Of a DNA stretch of 64,000 nucleotides, positions 19,577 to 29,024 are shown one piece after another. This DNA is from Candidatus Calditenuis fumarioli. Its GTDB lineage: Archaea; Thermoproteota; Nitrososphaeria_A; Caldarchaeales; Calditenuaceae. Within the stretch, counting starts at the first letter, position 1. Each line of letters begins with the position of its first letter. The stretch lies in assembly GCA_030059665.1 (NCBI GenBank), contig JANVYR010000001.1, positions 544,001-608,000 of the forward strand, given 5' to 3'. The notes beneath the pieces are model-generated. The model saw only the letters and a program-made list of their open reading frames with translations. It made no database searches and was not told the origin of the DNA. Made by a program: the position numbers and the translations under genes.

Positions 19577-20293
19577 ATGTCAGCGAGGCGCGCGACGGCC
19601 TACGAGACGGTGACGGCCGCGGTGGACGTGATCAGGTACCTCAAGGAGCGGTACAACTACAGGAAGCTCTCGTCGCTGTTGAAGATACCGCAATCAACGC
19701 TCACGCGCTACGTCAGGGGCGAGACGGTTCCGAGGCTGAGCCACGCGCGTAGGATACTGGAGTGGGGACAGAGGTACCTGAGACCAGAAGACCTAGTTAG
19801 GGAGTTCGTGAACGGAGAGGACCTCGACGGTTTCGCGAGGATCGTGACGGAGCCATCTGTGGTCAGGATGCTGGCGGGGAGCGCGATCGAGGCCTTCACC
19901 GGCAGGAGGATTCTAGGGGTGCTGAGCATCGACCACCTGGCGCTGCCCATAGCGACGGCCTTCGCGCTGCTCACCGGCACCAAGCTGTTCCAGCTCTCGG
20001 AGGGGCCACAGTGGGGCCGTGAAAGGTCGTTCCCCATATTTTACCGGCATGAGGGTGAACCGTCGCCGAAATGCCTCTGGTGCCCCACATCGGTCAGCGA
20101 GGCCGGTGATGGGATGCTTCTGATGACGCTCGCCGTCACCCACCACGCCCCACTCTCGGAGGTCATTAAGGCGTTAGAGGAGAGGAAGGTCCGCGTATCG
20201 GGGATATACACGCTGGTGGCCAAGAGGAGGGTCTGGAACGAACTGAGGGTCCCTGTGGCGTGCAAGAAGCACGCGGTCCTTCTCCTCTCGTGA
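19577..20293 (+). CDS. HTH plus phosphoribosyltransferase-like transcriptional regulator
   Basis: N-terminal HTH (YRKLSSLLKIPQSTLTRYVRG) followed by a degenerate PRTase fold. Confidence 0.7.
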   Translation: MSARRATAYETVTAAVDVIRYLKERYNYRKLSSLLKIPQSTLTRYVRGETVPRLSHARRILEWGQRYLRPEDLVREFVNGEDLDGFARIVTEPSVVRMLAGSAIEAFTGRRILGVLSIDHLALPIATAFALLTGTKLFQLSEGPQWGRERSFPIFYRHEGEPSPKCLWCPTSVSEAGDGMLLMTLAVTHHAPLSEVIKALEERKVRVSGIYTLVAKRRVWNELRVPVACKKHAVLLLS

Positions 20294-20296
20294 GCT

Positions 20297-20626
20297 TCAC
20301 GTGTACTCGCGCCATGTGTGACCGCACTTGGTGCACCTGAAGAACTGCGTCATCGGTTCGTCTGCGGACCTCGTCTGGACAGTCCACCAGTAGGCTTCCC
20401 GGTTGCCGCACTGTGGGCAGACCACGTCGGTCGTCTTCGGATGGATCGAGGCCTCGTCGCTCTCGTCCACCACGATGGCCTTCCTCCTCTGGGCCCTGAC
20501 CCTTCCGAGGTTGACTGTGACCGATCCCGAAGCCTTCTTGTAACCGCACTTCCTGCAGACCAGCACGACGCCCGATGAGGTCCGTGTCGAGGTCATGAAG
20601 CCGCCGCACTTCGGACAGAACTCCAT
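20297..20626 (-). CDS. tfs: transcription factor S (TFS)
   Basis: MEFCPKCG...CRKCG and CPQCG...QTRSADEPMTQFFRCTKCG, with the acidic DE hairpin. Confidence 0.95.
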   Translation of the reverse strand: MEFCPKCGGFMTSTRTSSGVVLVCRKCGYKKASGSVTVNLGRVRAQRRKAIVVDESDEASIHPKTTDVVCPQCGNREAYWWTVQTRSADEPMTQFFRCTKCGHTWREYT

Positions 20627-20692
20627 CCTCTCCCGGCACGACATCGCAGCTATGTATATGTTAGCTGTTCGTATGGGTCCGGGGGTGATCGA

Positions 20693-21682
20693 TTGGAGAG
20701 GGTGAGGGTCGCCGTTATCGGCGCAGGGTTCTGGGGGAGGAACCACGTCAGGGTGCTGACCGAGCTCGATGGGTGTGAGGTGGTTGCGGTCTGCGACATC
20801 GACCTCGACAGGGCCAAAAGGGTCGCACAGGCTTTCGGTGTTCCGAGGTACACCGCAGACTACAGGGAGCTCTGCGAGGACGACTCCGTGGACGCGGTCA
20901 CCGTCTGCACCCCATCCACCACCCACGCCAGGATGGCCGTCGACTTCGTCTCGTCGGGGAAGGACGTGCTGGTGGAGAAGCCGATGGCCTCGAACCTGGA
21001 GGAGGCGCTGTGGATGGCCGACGAGATCAGGTCGTCCGGAAGGTCCGTGATGGTCGGGTTCATCGAGCGCTTCAACCCGGCGGTGCAGAAGGCGGTCGAG
21101 ATGCTGCGCCAGCGGAGGATCGGTGACCCCATCCTGATCTACGGCAGGAGGATAGGGCCGTGGCCCGAACGGATAGGAGACGTCGGGGTGATCCACGACA
21201 CCGCCATCCACGACATCGACCTCTCGGTGCACCTGTTCGGCGGCCTTCCGAGGTCGGTCTTCGCCGTCGGAGGCTCGGTCATACACACGAAGGAGGATCA
21301 CGTCCAGTCGACGCTCGACTTCGGAGGGGGAAGGTCTGCGATGATCGAGGCCAACTGGCTCACCCCCAGGAAGAAAAGGGAGATGTTCGTGACGGGGACC
21401 GAGGGGGTGCTGAGCATCGAGTTCCTCAGGAGGGAGGTGGTGCTCGAGAAGGCCGATGGCTCCTACTCTCCCGTGGTGGAGCAGCGTGAACCCCTGAAAG
21501 TGGAGCTCGAGAACTTCGTCAGGTCGATAGCTACCGGGAGCCCTCCCTCACCGGATTACCGGGACGGCCTGATCTCGACGGCGATCGCCGAGGCAATCCT
21601 CCTCTCGATCAGAAGAGGGAGGACCGTTCACCTCGACGAGCTGGTCAGCCTCCGGGAGCTGGGGGTCGATGTAAGGGATTAG
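20693..21682 (+). CDS. Gfo/Idh/MocA oxidoreductase
   Basis: VIGAGFWG, VEKP, GFIERFNP, DTAIHDID. Confidence 0.9.
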   Translation: MERVRVAVIGAGFWGRNHVRVLTELDGCEVVAVCDIDLDRAKRVAQAFGVPRYTADYRELCEDDSVDAVTVCTPSTTHARMAVDFVSSGKDVLVEKPMASNLEEALWMADEIRSSGRSVMVGFIERFNPAVQKAVEMLRQRRIGDPILIYGRRIGPWPERIGDVGVIHDTAIHDIDLSVHLFGGLPRSVFAVGGSVIHTKEDHVQSTLDFGGGRSAMIEANWLTPRKKREMFVTGTEGVLSIEFLRREVVLEKADGSYSPVVEQREPLKVELENFVRSIATGSPPSPDYRDGLISTAIAEAILLSIRRGRTVHLDELVSLRELGVDVRD

Positions 21683-21743
21683 ACGGGTCGCTGCCTGGGT
21701 CGTCGCGAACAACCCTATGTTTCGGTTTTGGGGCTGATGGCCG

Positions 21744-22358
21744 ATGGACCTCGACGTCAGGACGGTGACTGTCGGTCCGCTCATGACCAACTGCTACGTG
21801 CTCGTCTCCGCGGGGGAGGCGCTCGTCGTCGATCCTGGATGGGAGGTGGAGAAGATCCTGGCCGAGCTGTCGGGGCTGAGGGTCGTCGGGATAGTGGCGA
21901 CGCACGCCCACTTCGACCACGTAGGAGCTGTGGAGGAGCTCAAGGAGAGGTTAGGCGTTGAGTTCCTCATGCACAGGGCTGACGTTCCGCTGCTGGATTA
22001 CGTGGAGGAGTTCGCTTCTCGTTTCGGACTGAGGGTCAGGAGGCCCAAGCCGGACAGGTTCGTCGAGGACGGTGATGAGCTGCGGGTGGGTGATGTGAAG
22101 CTCAGGGTGCTGCACACTCCGGGTCACTCGCCGGGGAGCATCTGTCTCCACCACGATCTTGTGCTGCTCTCCGGTGACACGCTCTTCAACGGATCGGTGG
22201 GCAGGACCGACTTCGTTGGAGGCAGCTTCGAGCAGCTGGAGCTTTCGATCAAAACCAAGATCTACACGCTCGACGACGCCACGATAGTGTACCCAGGTCA
22301 CGGACCGATAACGACCGTCGGGACGGAGAAGGCGTTCAACCCGTTTGTCAGGCCATGA
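21744..22358 (+). CDS. MBL-fold metallo-hydrolase (glyoxalase II-like)
   Basis: THAHFDH, HTPGHSPG, SGDTLF, YPGHG. Confidence 0.92.
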   Translation: MDLDVRTVTVGPLMTNCYVLVSAGEALVVDPGWEVEKILAELSGLRVVGIVATHAHFDHVGAVEELKERLGVEFLMHRADVPLLDYVEEFASRFGLRVRRPKPDRFVEDGDELRVGDVKLRVLHTPGHSPGSICLHHDLVLLSGDTLFNGSVGRTDFVGGSFEQLELSIKTKIYTLDDATIVYPGHGPITTVGTEKAFNPFVRP

Positions 22359-23059
22359 CCCCGGATGCCTGGGCCGATCTCGTGGAGCGGATCGTTTCCT
22401 GTGAGAGGTGTCCGAGGCTCGTAGAGCACAGGAGGAGGGTTGCCGAGAACCCGCCGAAGAGGTACAGGGGCCAGCAGTACTGGGCCAGACCACTTCCGGG
22501 CTTCGGGGATAGGAACGCGAGGATCCTCGTGGTGGGACTTGCGCCGGCGGCCCACGGAGGCAACAGGACCGGCAGGATGTTCACAGGCGACTCGTCGGCC
22601 GACTTCCTGATGAGGACGCTCCACTCCCTGGGGTTGGCCAGCATGCCGAGGTCGGTGAGCAGGGACGACGGCCTTCAGCTCTGGGACGTCTTCCTAACCG
22701 CGCCGGTGAGATGCGTACCTCCCGAGAACAGGCCGACGCGCGAGGAACTCGAGAACTGCTACCCGTTTCTGAGGGAGGAGTTTGCGCTGCTGGGGAACGT
22801 GAGGGTGATAGTGGCGCTCGGAGCGATAGGGTTCTCGGCTGTGAGGCGTCTGCTGGCAGACGAAGGTTTCTCGCCGGTGGGAAAGAGGACTCCCAAGTTC
22901 TCTCACGGGGCCCACTACGAGTTCAGGAACCGGGAGGGCAGGAGAATTCACCTCCTGGCGTCCTATCACCCGTCGAGGCAGAACACCAACACCGGGAGGC
23001 TCACCGAGGCGATGTTCAGGAGGGTCTTCCGCAGGGCGATTGAGCTGGCCAGGTCCTGA
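22355..23059 (+). CDS. udgB: family-5 uracil-DNA glycosylase
   Basis: CERCPRL, GLAPAAHGGNRTGRMFTGD, RCVPP, YHPSRQN. Confidence 0.9.
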   Translation: MTPDAWADLVERIVSCERCPRLVEHRRRVAENPPKRYRGQQYWARPLPGFGDRNARILVVGLAPAAHGGNRTGRMFTGDSSADFLMRTLHSLGLASMPRSVSRDDGLQLWDVFLTAPVRCVPPENRPTREELENCYPFLREEFALLGNVRVIVALGAIGFSAVRRLLADEGFSPVGKRTPKFSHGAHYEFRNREGRRIHLLASYHPSRQNTNTGRLTEAMFRRVFRRAIELARS

Positions 23060-23073
23060 TGCCCCCGTAACAG

Positions 23074-24114
23074 TCACCCCTGCTCTATCCTGATGAGGTC
23101 CGAACTCTCCCGGACGAACCTGTTGATCCCCGTCTGGGCGATCAGCCTGCAGTTGTCCAAAATCTCCACGAGGTTCGTCAGCATCAGCCGGTACGAGAGC
23201 GACTTCTGGACGTCCCTCACCGACTCCAGCACGGTTGACTCTAGCGCGTTTATGCGGTCCAGCAGCTCCGGCACCTTATCGAGGGCCTGATTCAGCAGCT
23301 TGATGTCCGAGACGAGGTAGCCGTTGAGGGACATCCCGAAGACGTTCGAGACCTCCGAGGCCAGCTCCTTCAGATGCTCTACCAGCTGCCTCCCCTCCCT
23401 TCCCCTCGACTGGCCCAGCTTCACCACCTCCCTCGAGACCTGAAGCGCGTGGTCAGCCGTCTCCTCGACCGCGGCAAGCACGACCCTGAGACCCGTGAGC
23501 GCCAACGGCGAGTCGAGCCCGACCTCCTTCAGCAGCGACCTCTCGCGTGCTGTGGTGAGGAGCTGCCTCAAAGCCAAGAAGTAGTAGGAGTCGATCTTCT
23601 GCTCAGCCCTAGAGACCTCTGCTGCCTTCTCGGACATGTTGTGGATCAGCGCGTCGACGGAGGACTCGATCATCCATGCTATGAGCTCCTGCATCCTCCT
23701 CAGCAACTCGACCACCGTGTACCTCCTCGAGTCGATGAGGACCTTCATCACCACCTCGTAGTCGTCCTGCCTCACGACCTCCAGACCCGGCAGCCTCTCG
23801 ATGGTCCCGAGTATCCAGTCCAGCTTCTGAGCCGCGAGCCCCGTCTTCGACTCGATGACGATCTCGTCATAGCCCTGGAGGTAGCACGCCGTGACGATCC
23901 TCTCGAGGACCTCTCCCCTCTCGATGGCGTCCCCGTTCACGACGGCCCTTAGCGTCCTCGTCTCCCTCGGGGCCAACCGTATGAAGAGGCCCTCGTCCAG
24001 CTGCTCGACGTACACCGAGTCGCCCGGCTTGAGGCCCCTCTCCAGCGCCCACTTCCTCGGCAGCGACACCACCAGCGTCGTCGTACCCAATTTCTGGAGC
24101 CTCCTGATCTCCAA
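23074..24114 (-). CDS. phoU: AbrB-domain plus tandem PhoU phosphate-uptake regulator
   Basis: RRLQKLGTTTLVVSLPRKWA (AbrB/SpoVT domain), ACYLQGYDEI, two PhoU helical repeats. Confidence 0.85.
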   Translation of the reverse strand: MEIRRLQKLGTTTLVVSLPRKWALERGLKPGDSVYVEQLDEGLFIRLAPRETRTLRAVVNGDAIERGEVLERIVTACYLQGYDEIVIESKTGLAAQKLDWILGTIERLPGLEVVRQDDYEVVMKVLIDSRRYTVVELLRRMQELIAWMIESSVDALIHNMSEKAAEVSRAEQKIDSYYFLALRQLLTTARERSLLKEVGLDSPLALTGLRVVLAAVEETADHALQVSREVVKLGQSRGREGRQLVEHLKELASEVSNVFGMSLNGYLVSDIKLLNQALDKVPELLDRINALESTVLESVRDVQKSLSYRLMLTNLVEILDNCRLIAQTGINRFVRESSDLIRIEQG

Positions 24115-24124
24115 CCCCGTCCCA

Positions 24125-24142
24125 GTATATGCGTGAATATAC
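24125..24142. promoter_or_regulatory. palindrome GTATAT-N6-ATATAC upstream of the phoU-like gene
   Basis: Perfect 6-bp inverted repeat about 10 bp upstream of the start codon. Confidence 0.4.
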
Positions 24143-24339
24143 CATATTTGACTGTTGCGCGAACACGGTCCATGCCAATTCGTTGGCTATTAAGGACCTC
24201 ATGAGGACGACGTGAAGGCACCCCACTTCTCAGCTTGCGGGGCTGAGCGCTGAACGGGCTGCTGCAACTCGCTGCGGAGGGCTCGACCGTCAAGCCCGGA
24301 GCACGCACATTTTTTATTTCTACTGAAGTTGGGTGGAGC

Positions 24340-25242
24340 GTGAGCCCGCAGGAGGGGAGGGAGCCCCTGGTTTACATCAACGGCGAGCTGTATCCCAAAT
24401 CTGAGGCGAAGGTCTCGGTCTTCGACCACGGCCTCCTCTACGGAGACGGTGTCTTCGAGGGCATAAGGGTCTACAACGGCGTGATCTTCAAGCTCCGGGA
24501 GCACGTGGACCGGCTGTACAGGTCCGCGAAGGTCCTGAGGCTGAGCATCCCGATGGACAGGGAGCAGATGGTGCAGGAGGTCGTGCGGACGGTGAGGGCC
24601 AACGGCTTCAGGGACGCCTACATCAGGCTGATCGTCACGAGGGGTGTCGGTGACCTGGGACTGGACCCGAGGAAGTGCGGAAGGCCGAACGTCATCATCA
24701 TCGTGGAGCACCTCGAGCCGATCCTCGGTTCTGGTGTCAGGGAGAAGGGGATCACGGTCATCTTCAGCTCGACGAGGAGGGACCCGGTCCAGTCGACGAG
24801 CCACGAGGTCAAGTCCCTCAACTACCTGAACTCGATACTCGCGAAGATAGAGGCGATCGAGGCGGGTGCGGACGACGCGATAATGCTCGACAGCAGGGGC
24901 TTCGTTGCGGAGGCCACGGGCGCCAACGTCTTCATCGTCAGGAACGGGACGCTGATCACACCACCGGTCACCACTGGAATACTGCCGGGGATAACGAGGG
25001 CGGTCGTGATCGAGATCGCAGGGAAGCTGGGCATACCGGTTCAGGAGCGGGACATCACGCCAGTCGAGTTCATGACCGCGGACGAGGCCTTCGTGACCGG
25101 GACGGGTGCGGAGCTCGTGCCGATAGGATACGTTGGCAAGGTCCCGATAGGAGACGGTAGGCCGGGGCCGATCTTCAGGCGCATCCTCGAGGAGTTCAAT
25201 AGGTACAAGGTCGATCCGAGGAACGGCGTGCCAGCCTTCTGA
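24340..25242 (+). CDS. ilvE: branched-chain amino acid aminotransferase
   Basis: HGLLYGDGVFEG, RLIVTRG, KSLNYLN, EATGAN, LPGITR, GTGAE. Confidence 0.95.
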   Translation: MSPQEGREPLVYINGELYPKSEAKVSVFDHGLLYGDGVFEGIRVYNGVIFKLREHVDRLYRSAKVLRLSIPMDREQMVQEVVRTVRANGFRDAYIRLIVTRGVGDLGLDPRKCGRPNVIIIVEHLEPILGSGVREKGITVIFSSTRRDPVQSTSHEVKSLNYLNSILAKIEAIEAGADDAIMLDSRGFVAEATGANVFIVRNGTLITPPVTTGILPGITRAVVIEIAGKLGIPVQERDITPVEFMTADEAFVTGTGAELVPIGYVGKVPIGDGRPGPIFRRILEEFNRYKVDPRNGVPAF

Positions 25243-25351
25243 CGCGCGGAACCCGGAACCGCACGGTCATTGCGATTTTCGCGATGTGAGGGTGACGCGA
25301 CGCGATTCGGGAGTCGGATTCAGATCTCACCGAAACGAGGGGCCCTTGGCG

Positions 25352-26803
25352 TCACTTCAGAAAGCCCCAGGCGACCAGCACGTTCTGGACTGCACCGACG
25401 TAGATCCCGAAGGTGACGAGGAGCGCCAACAGCACAACCATCGGAGCCATCATCGAGATGGGAGCGTCGTGAGCGTGCCTGTGCTCCCCCACCTGGAAGA
25501 CGTACATGAAGGTCCTGGTGTAGTAGCCGAGCGTGATGGCGGTGGTTAGGATCGCTATCGAGGTGAGCAGCCAGAGCCCGGCCTGGAAGCCTCCGAGGAA
25601 GATCACCAGCTCGCTGAAGAAGCCCGCGAGGGGAGGAGTACCGGCGATGGAGAGACCTCCGGCGAGGAAGGCAACGGCGGTGAAGGGCATGCTCGACATG
25701 AGACCGCCGAGCTTCCGGATGTCACGCTCCCCGACGGAGTGGATGATCACGCCTGCGGTCATGAAGAGCAGGGACTTCGCGAGTCCGTGCGTCACCACCT
25801 GGAGGAGCCCTCCCATGACGCCGACGGGTGCGAGGAGCGAGAGGCCGAAGGAGATGTACCCGATCTGGCTCACGGAGCTGTAGGCGAGGACCCTCTTGAT
25901 GTCCGTCTGGACGAGTGCCATGGCTCCTCCCCAGATCATGGTGACGACGGAGAGCAGGGCGATGGCGCTGGCGAAGGGCTTGAAGTGCGGTCCCAGCATC
26001 TCGATCACTATCCTGGCGAAGGCGTAGACGCCGGTCTTGATCATCACGCCGCTCAGGAGGACGCTGATCGGTGTCGGAGCCTCGGCGTGGGCGTCGGGTA
26101 GCCAGGTGTGGACCGGGAAGAGGGCCATCTTCACCGCTGCGCCTGCGAAGATCAGGAGCGAGACGATCTGGAGCTCGGGCCTCGTGTCCAACGGTGCCCT
26201 GCTGAGGAGCGTGGAGAACTCGACGTTACCGTAGAGCACGTTGAGCCATACGATGCCGGTCAGGAGCGCGAGGGCGCCGGCGTGGGTCATGGCGAAGTAC
26301 TTGAAGCCGATAACGCGGGCGTTCCCTGTCCCCCAGTAGGCGATCAGGAAGTAGCTCGGGATCAGCATCAGCTCCCAGAAGATGTAGAACAGGAAGAGGT
26401 TGGTGACGAGGACGACGCCGAGCATCCCTCCCACGAAGAGCAGCAGAAGGGCGTAGTAGGCTTCAAGGCCCCGCTCGCCCTCCATGTACCTCGAGGAGTA
26501 GACGCTGGCGAGGAAGCCGACCAGTGCTATCAGCGTCAGGAAGAGGAGGCTCAGGCCGTCGAGCCTGAAGCCGAGGGAGAGGCCGAGCTGCGGCAGCCAA
26601 GGATATCTCTCCTCGATGACGCGTCCGGAGGCGACCTGGAGGGCGTTCAGCGCGGTGAGCGCCAGGACCACTCCCAGCACCGCGTGGGAGATCAGCTCCG
26701 AGGCCCTGTGGCCAGCGATCCGGCCGAACAGGAACGCGAGCGGCGCGAATCCCACGGGGAGGGCGACCGTCAGCAGCAGAGAGGGCACTTCCAGCTCGAT
26801 CAT
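25352..26803 (-). CDS. nuoM: complex I subunit M (antiporter-like)
   Basis: DGLS, FWELMLIP, KMALFPVHTWLPDAHAEAP, KRVLAYSS, GTPPLAGF. Confidence 0.85.
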   Translation of the reverse strand: MIELEVPSLLLTVALPVGFAPLAFLFGRIAGHRASELISHAVLGVVLALTALNALQVASGRVIEERYPWLPQLGLSLGFRLDGLSLLFLTLIALVGFLASVYSSRYMEGERGLEAYYALLLLFVGGMLGVVLVTNLFLFYIFWELMLIPSYFLIAYWGTGNARVIGFKYFAMTHAGALALLTGIVWLNVLYGNVEFSTLLSRAPLDTRPELQIVSLLIFAGAAVKMALFPVHTWLPDAHAEAPTPISVLLSGVMIKTGVYAFARIVIEMLGPHFKPFASAIALLSVVTMIWGGAMALVQTDIKRVLAYSSVSQIGYISFGLSLLAPVGVMGGLLQVVTHGLAKSLLFMTAGVIIHSVGERDIRKLGGLMSSMPFTAVAFLAGGLSIAGTPPLAGFFSELVIFLGGFQAGLWLLTSIAILTTAITLGYYTRTFMYVFQVGEHRHAHDAPISMMAPMVVLLALLVTFGIYVGAVQNVLVAWGFLK

Positions 26804-27058
26804 TCAACGATCGGCCCGACTCCGTTTATTTAAATGCGACACGCGACGGATCCGGTCCGCCGGACGACCCGTGAGGACGACTATGGCCAGAGATGCGCGT
26901 CTCTTGGTGTACCGGCAACGCCTTCGCATCAGCATTTGAAATTACTGCAAAAGATGCCAAGTCCGGTCGAGCGAATTATGGTATTCCAGAAATACCAAAA
27001 AACCGTCCCGATCTACGCCAAGCTACGCTTATATTTTGGACGTCTTAGGGGTTGGAGC

Positions 27059-27493
27059 ATGAGAGCGGAAGACAGGAGTCGGATGTTCGCGTTACTGCTG
27101 CTGGCGCTGGCGGCGGTCGTTACGGTGGCATCGGCAGCATTGGCGGTGCAGATATCCCTCGGCAGCTCGGACGTCAACCAGCTGGGCGGTACCGGCCTCG
27201 TAGACGTCACCTGCCCTGCCAACCCCTGCCAGGTGACGAAGGTCAGCTGGGTCCTGACGTCTTCAGCACCATACAAGGTCGATAAGGTGAGCGTCCAGTG
27301 GACGACCGCCAAGTCGTCGGGCGCAAACTACATGGTCTACGTGGTCCTCTACGACAGCTCCAACAACGTCAAATCCAGCGGTTCCGCGACCCAGGCAGCC
27401 GCATCAGGCGCGGTTACGACCCAGGTCGACGTGGCTCCGGACGTGGACCCCAAGGACGTCTACAGGGTCGAGGTAGTGATAGTTGAGCAGTAA
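27059..27493 (+). CDS. secreted beta-rich protein, putative major TasA/AbpA-like fibre subunit
   Basis: Signal peptide ending ASA-ALA, then VQISLGSSDVNQLGGTG; paralogous to the next two ORFs. Confidence 0.6.
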   Translation: MRAEDRSRMFALLLLALAAVVTVASAALAVQISLGSSDVNQLGGTGLVDVTCPANPCQVTKVSWVLTSSAPYKVDKVSVQWTTAKSSGANYMVYVVLYDSSNNVKSSGSATQAAASGAVTTQVDVAPDVDPKDVYRVEVVIVEQ

Positions 27494-27523
27494 GCCGCTG
27501 CCACCTATGTTGTCGGTCGCGAC

Positions 27524-27940
27524 TTGAACCGAAGGTATATCGCTGTTTTTTCCATCGCGCTATTCCTCATAACGCTCACAGCCTTCTCCGTCTCGATATC
27601 CATCACGACCGTAGACCCTTTGGCCAGCAGGGCCTACGTCGAGTACGTGCTCGGAAAGGCGTCGGGTACAAATCCTCCTGAGATCAGGAGCGTATTGCTG
27701 AACGGTAATCCAGTCAGCAGCGTTAGCATCTCGTTTTACATGAGAGCATTACTTCAATTCATTAGGGTGACTGTTACGTTGTACGACGACAACGGTATTG
27801 TCATAGGTTCGGGCAGCGACTGCGGATTTTACATATTTCCAGGTATCCAAAGTATGACTGTTCCGGTCTCTCCAAATCCACTGCCATCACAGGTGGCCCG
27901 GGTCGAAACCTCGATACAGGTGGTGCTTCTATGCAATTGA
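27524..27940 (+). CDS. secreted paralog 2, putative minor subunit
   Basis: Signal peptide, then FSVSISITTVDPLA; VTLYDDNGIVIGSGS parallels VVLYDSSNNVKSSGS of paralog 1. Confidence 0.55.
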   Translation: MNRRYIAVFSIALFLITLTAFSVSISITTVDPLASRAYVEYVLGKASGTNPPEIRSVLLNGNPVSSVSISFYMRALLQFIRVTVTLYDDNGIVIGSGSDCGFYIFPGIQSMTVPVSPNPLPSQVARVETSIQVVLLCN

Positions 27941-28329
27941 GGGCCGTATCGCTTTCAATGTTGTTGCTTTTGATGGCATCGGTATCGGTTACAGCTCTCA
28001 GCATTGCGGTCTCGCTCACTTCCTCAAACGTCGACAGACTGGGAGCCGGAGGGTCCAATGTGCCGAAATACAATTTCTGGGTGACGTCCCTCTCCGTAAC
28101 GGTCAACAACGATAACGTGAACAACAGGATCAGGGGAGTAACAGCGTACATCGGGATCAACGTTCCCGGAACTTATGTGGTGACCGTGTCGGTGAACGAC
28201 AATCCCTCGTGTAGCGCCAGCACGACCGCCAGCCTTCCGGGTACCGTGACCGTAACACTGCCCAACGTCGCCGCGTGTAACTACGTTAGTGCAGGCGCGC
28301 CCGTCAGGATAGAGGTCAGGCCTCCATGA
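27931..28329 (+). CDS. secreted paralog 3, putative minor subunit
   Basis: Signal peptide, then LSIAVSLTSSNVDRLGAGG, close to LAVQISLGSSDVNQLGGTG of paralog 1; two Cys. Confidence 0.55.
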   Translation: MQLRAVSLSMLLLLMASVSVTALSIAVSLTSSNVDRLGAGGSNVPKYNFWVTSLSVTVNNDNVNNRIRGVTAYIGINVPGTYVVTVSVNDNPSCSASTTASLPGTVTVTLPNVAACNYVSAGAPVRIEVRPP

Positions 28330-29024
28330 CGCGAGCCGTTGCCAGGAATCTGGTCCTGATCCTTGTAATTGCGTCTGCGGTCCTCCTAACGGCCCAATCC
28401 CTTCCAGGGCTGATGCTCCTCCACGTCGTCAGCGGATCGATGGAGCCCAACGTCCCTATCGGCAGCATGGTGTTGCTGGCGAGAGGGGACAAGCCCTCGG
28501 TGGGCGACGTGGCAGCGTACCTGCTGGAGGTCCAGGGCAGGCGGTACGTGATACTCCACCGGGTGACCGGGGTGACCGAGGACGGAAGGTACGTGTTCTC
28601 GGCCGATGCGGGCGATCCTTACGGTACCGACCTGGTGGAGCCCGAGAGGGTGCTCGGCCGGATGCTGATCGCCATACCCTACCTCGGGTACGTCGTGCCC
28701 TACGCTCCGGTACTGGTGGGCCTTGCTCTGCTCCTCTCCCTCGTGCCCAAGAGGACGAGGCTCCACGTTCATGGTCCGGTCGATCCGGGCTTCCTGAGGT
28801 ACCTCCCGGCGGTTCTCGTGCCGCTCACGCTGCTGCTCCCGGTGAAGGGCCTCCCCATGATGCTCGGTCCCGCGTACGCCGTCCTGACGCTCGCGATCTA
28901 CGCGATCACGCTCCGCTTCGAGCGAGAGATCAGACACGCGGACCTCGTTTACGCGCTCCTCTCGATCTCGGTACTGGTCTCGATAGACTACGCAAGGCTC
29001 GCTGCTCTCCTATGGGGACTGTGA
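28326..29024 (+). CDS. signal peptidase I, SipW/archaeal (ER) type, with extra C-terminal TMs
   Basis: VVSGSMEP (catalytic Ser) and ILHRV (His general base); overlaps the previous stop (ATGA). Confidence 0.88.
   Translation: MTRAVARNLVLILVIASAVLLTAQSLPGLMLLHVVSGSMEPNVPIGSMVLLARGDKPSVGDVAAYLLEVQGRRYVILHRVTGVTEDGRYVFSADAGDPYGTDLVEPERVLGRMLIAIPYLGYVVPYAPVLVGLALLLSLVPKRTRLHVHGPVDPGFLRYLPAVLVPLTLLLPVKGLPMMLGPAYAVLTLAIYAITLRFEREIRHADLVYALLSISVLVSIDYARLAALLWGL

Noticed and set aside
26834-27058. N-terminal extension of the first secreted protein in the ORF track
   Set aside because: AT-rich promoter-like sequence; the signal peptide begins after the ATG at 27059.
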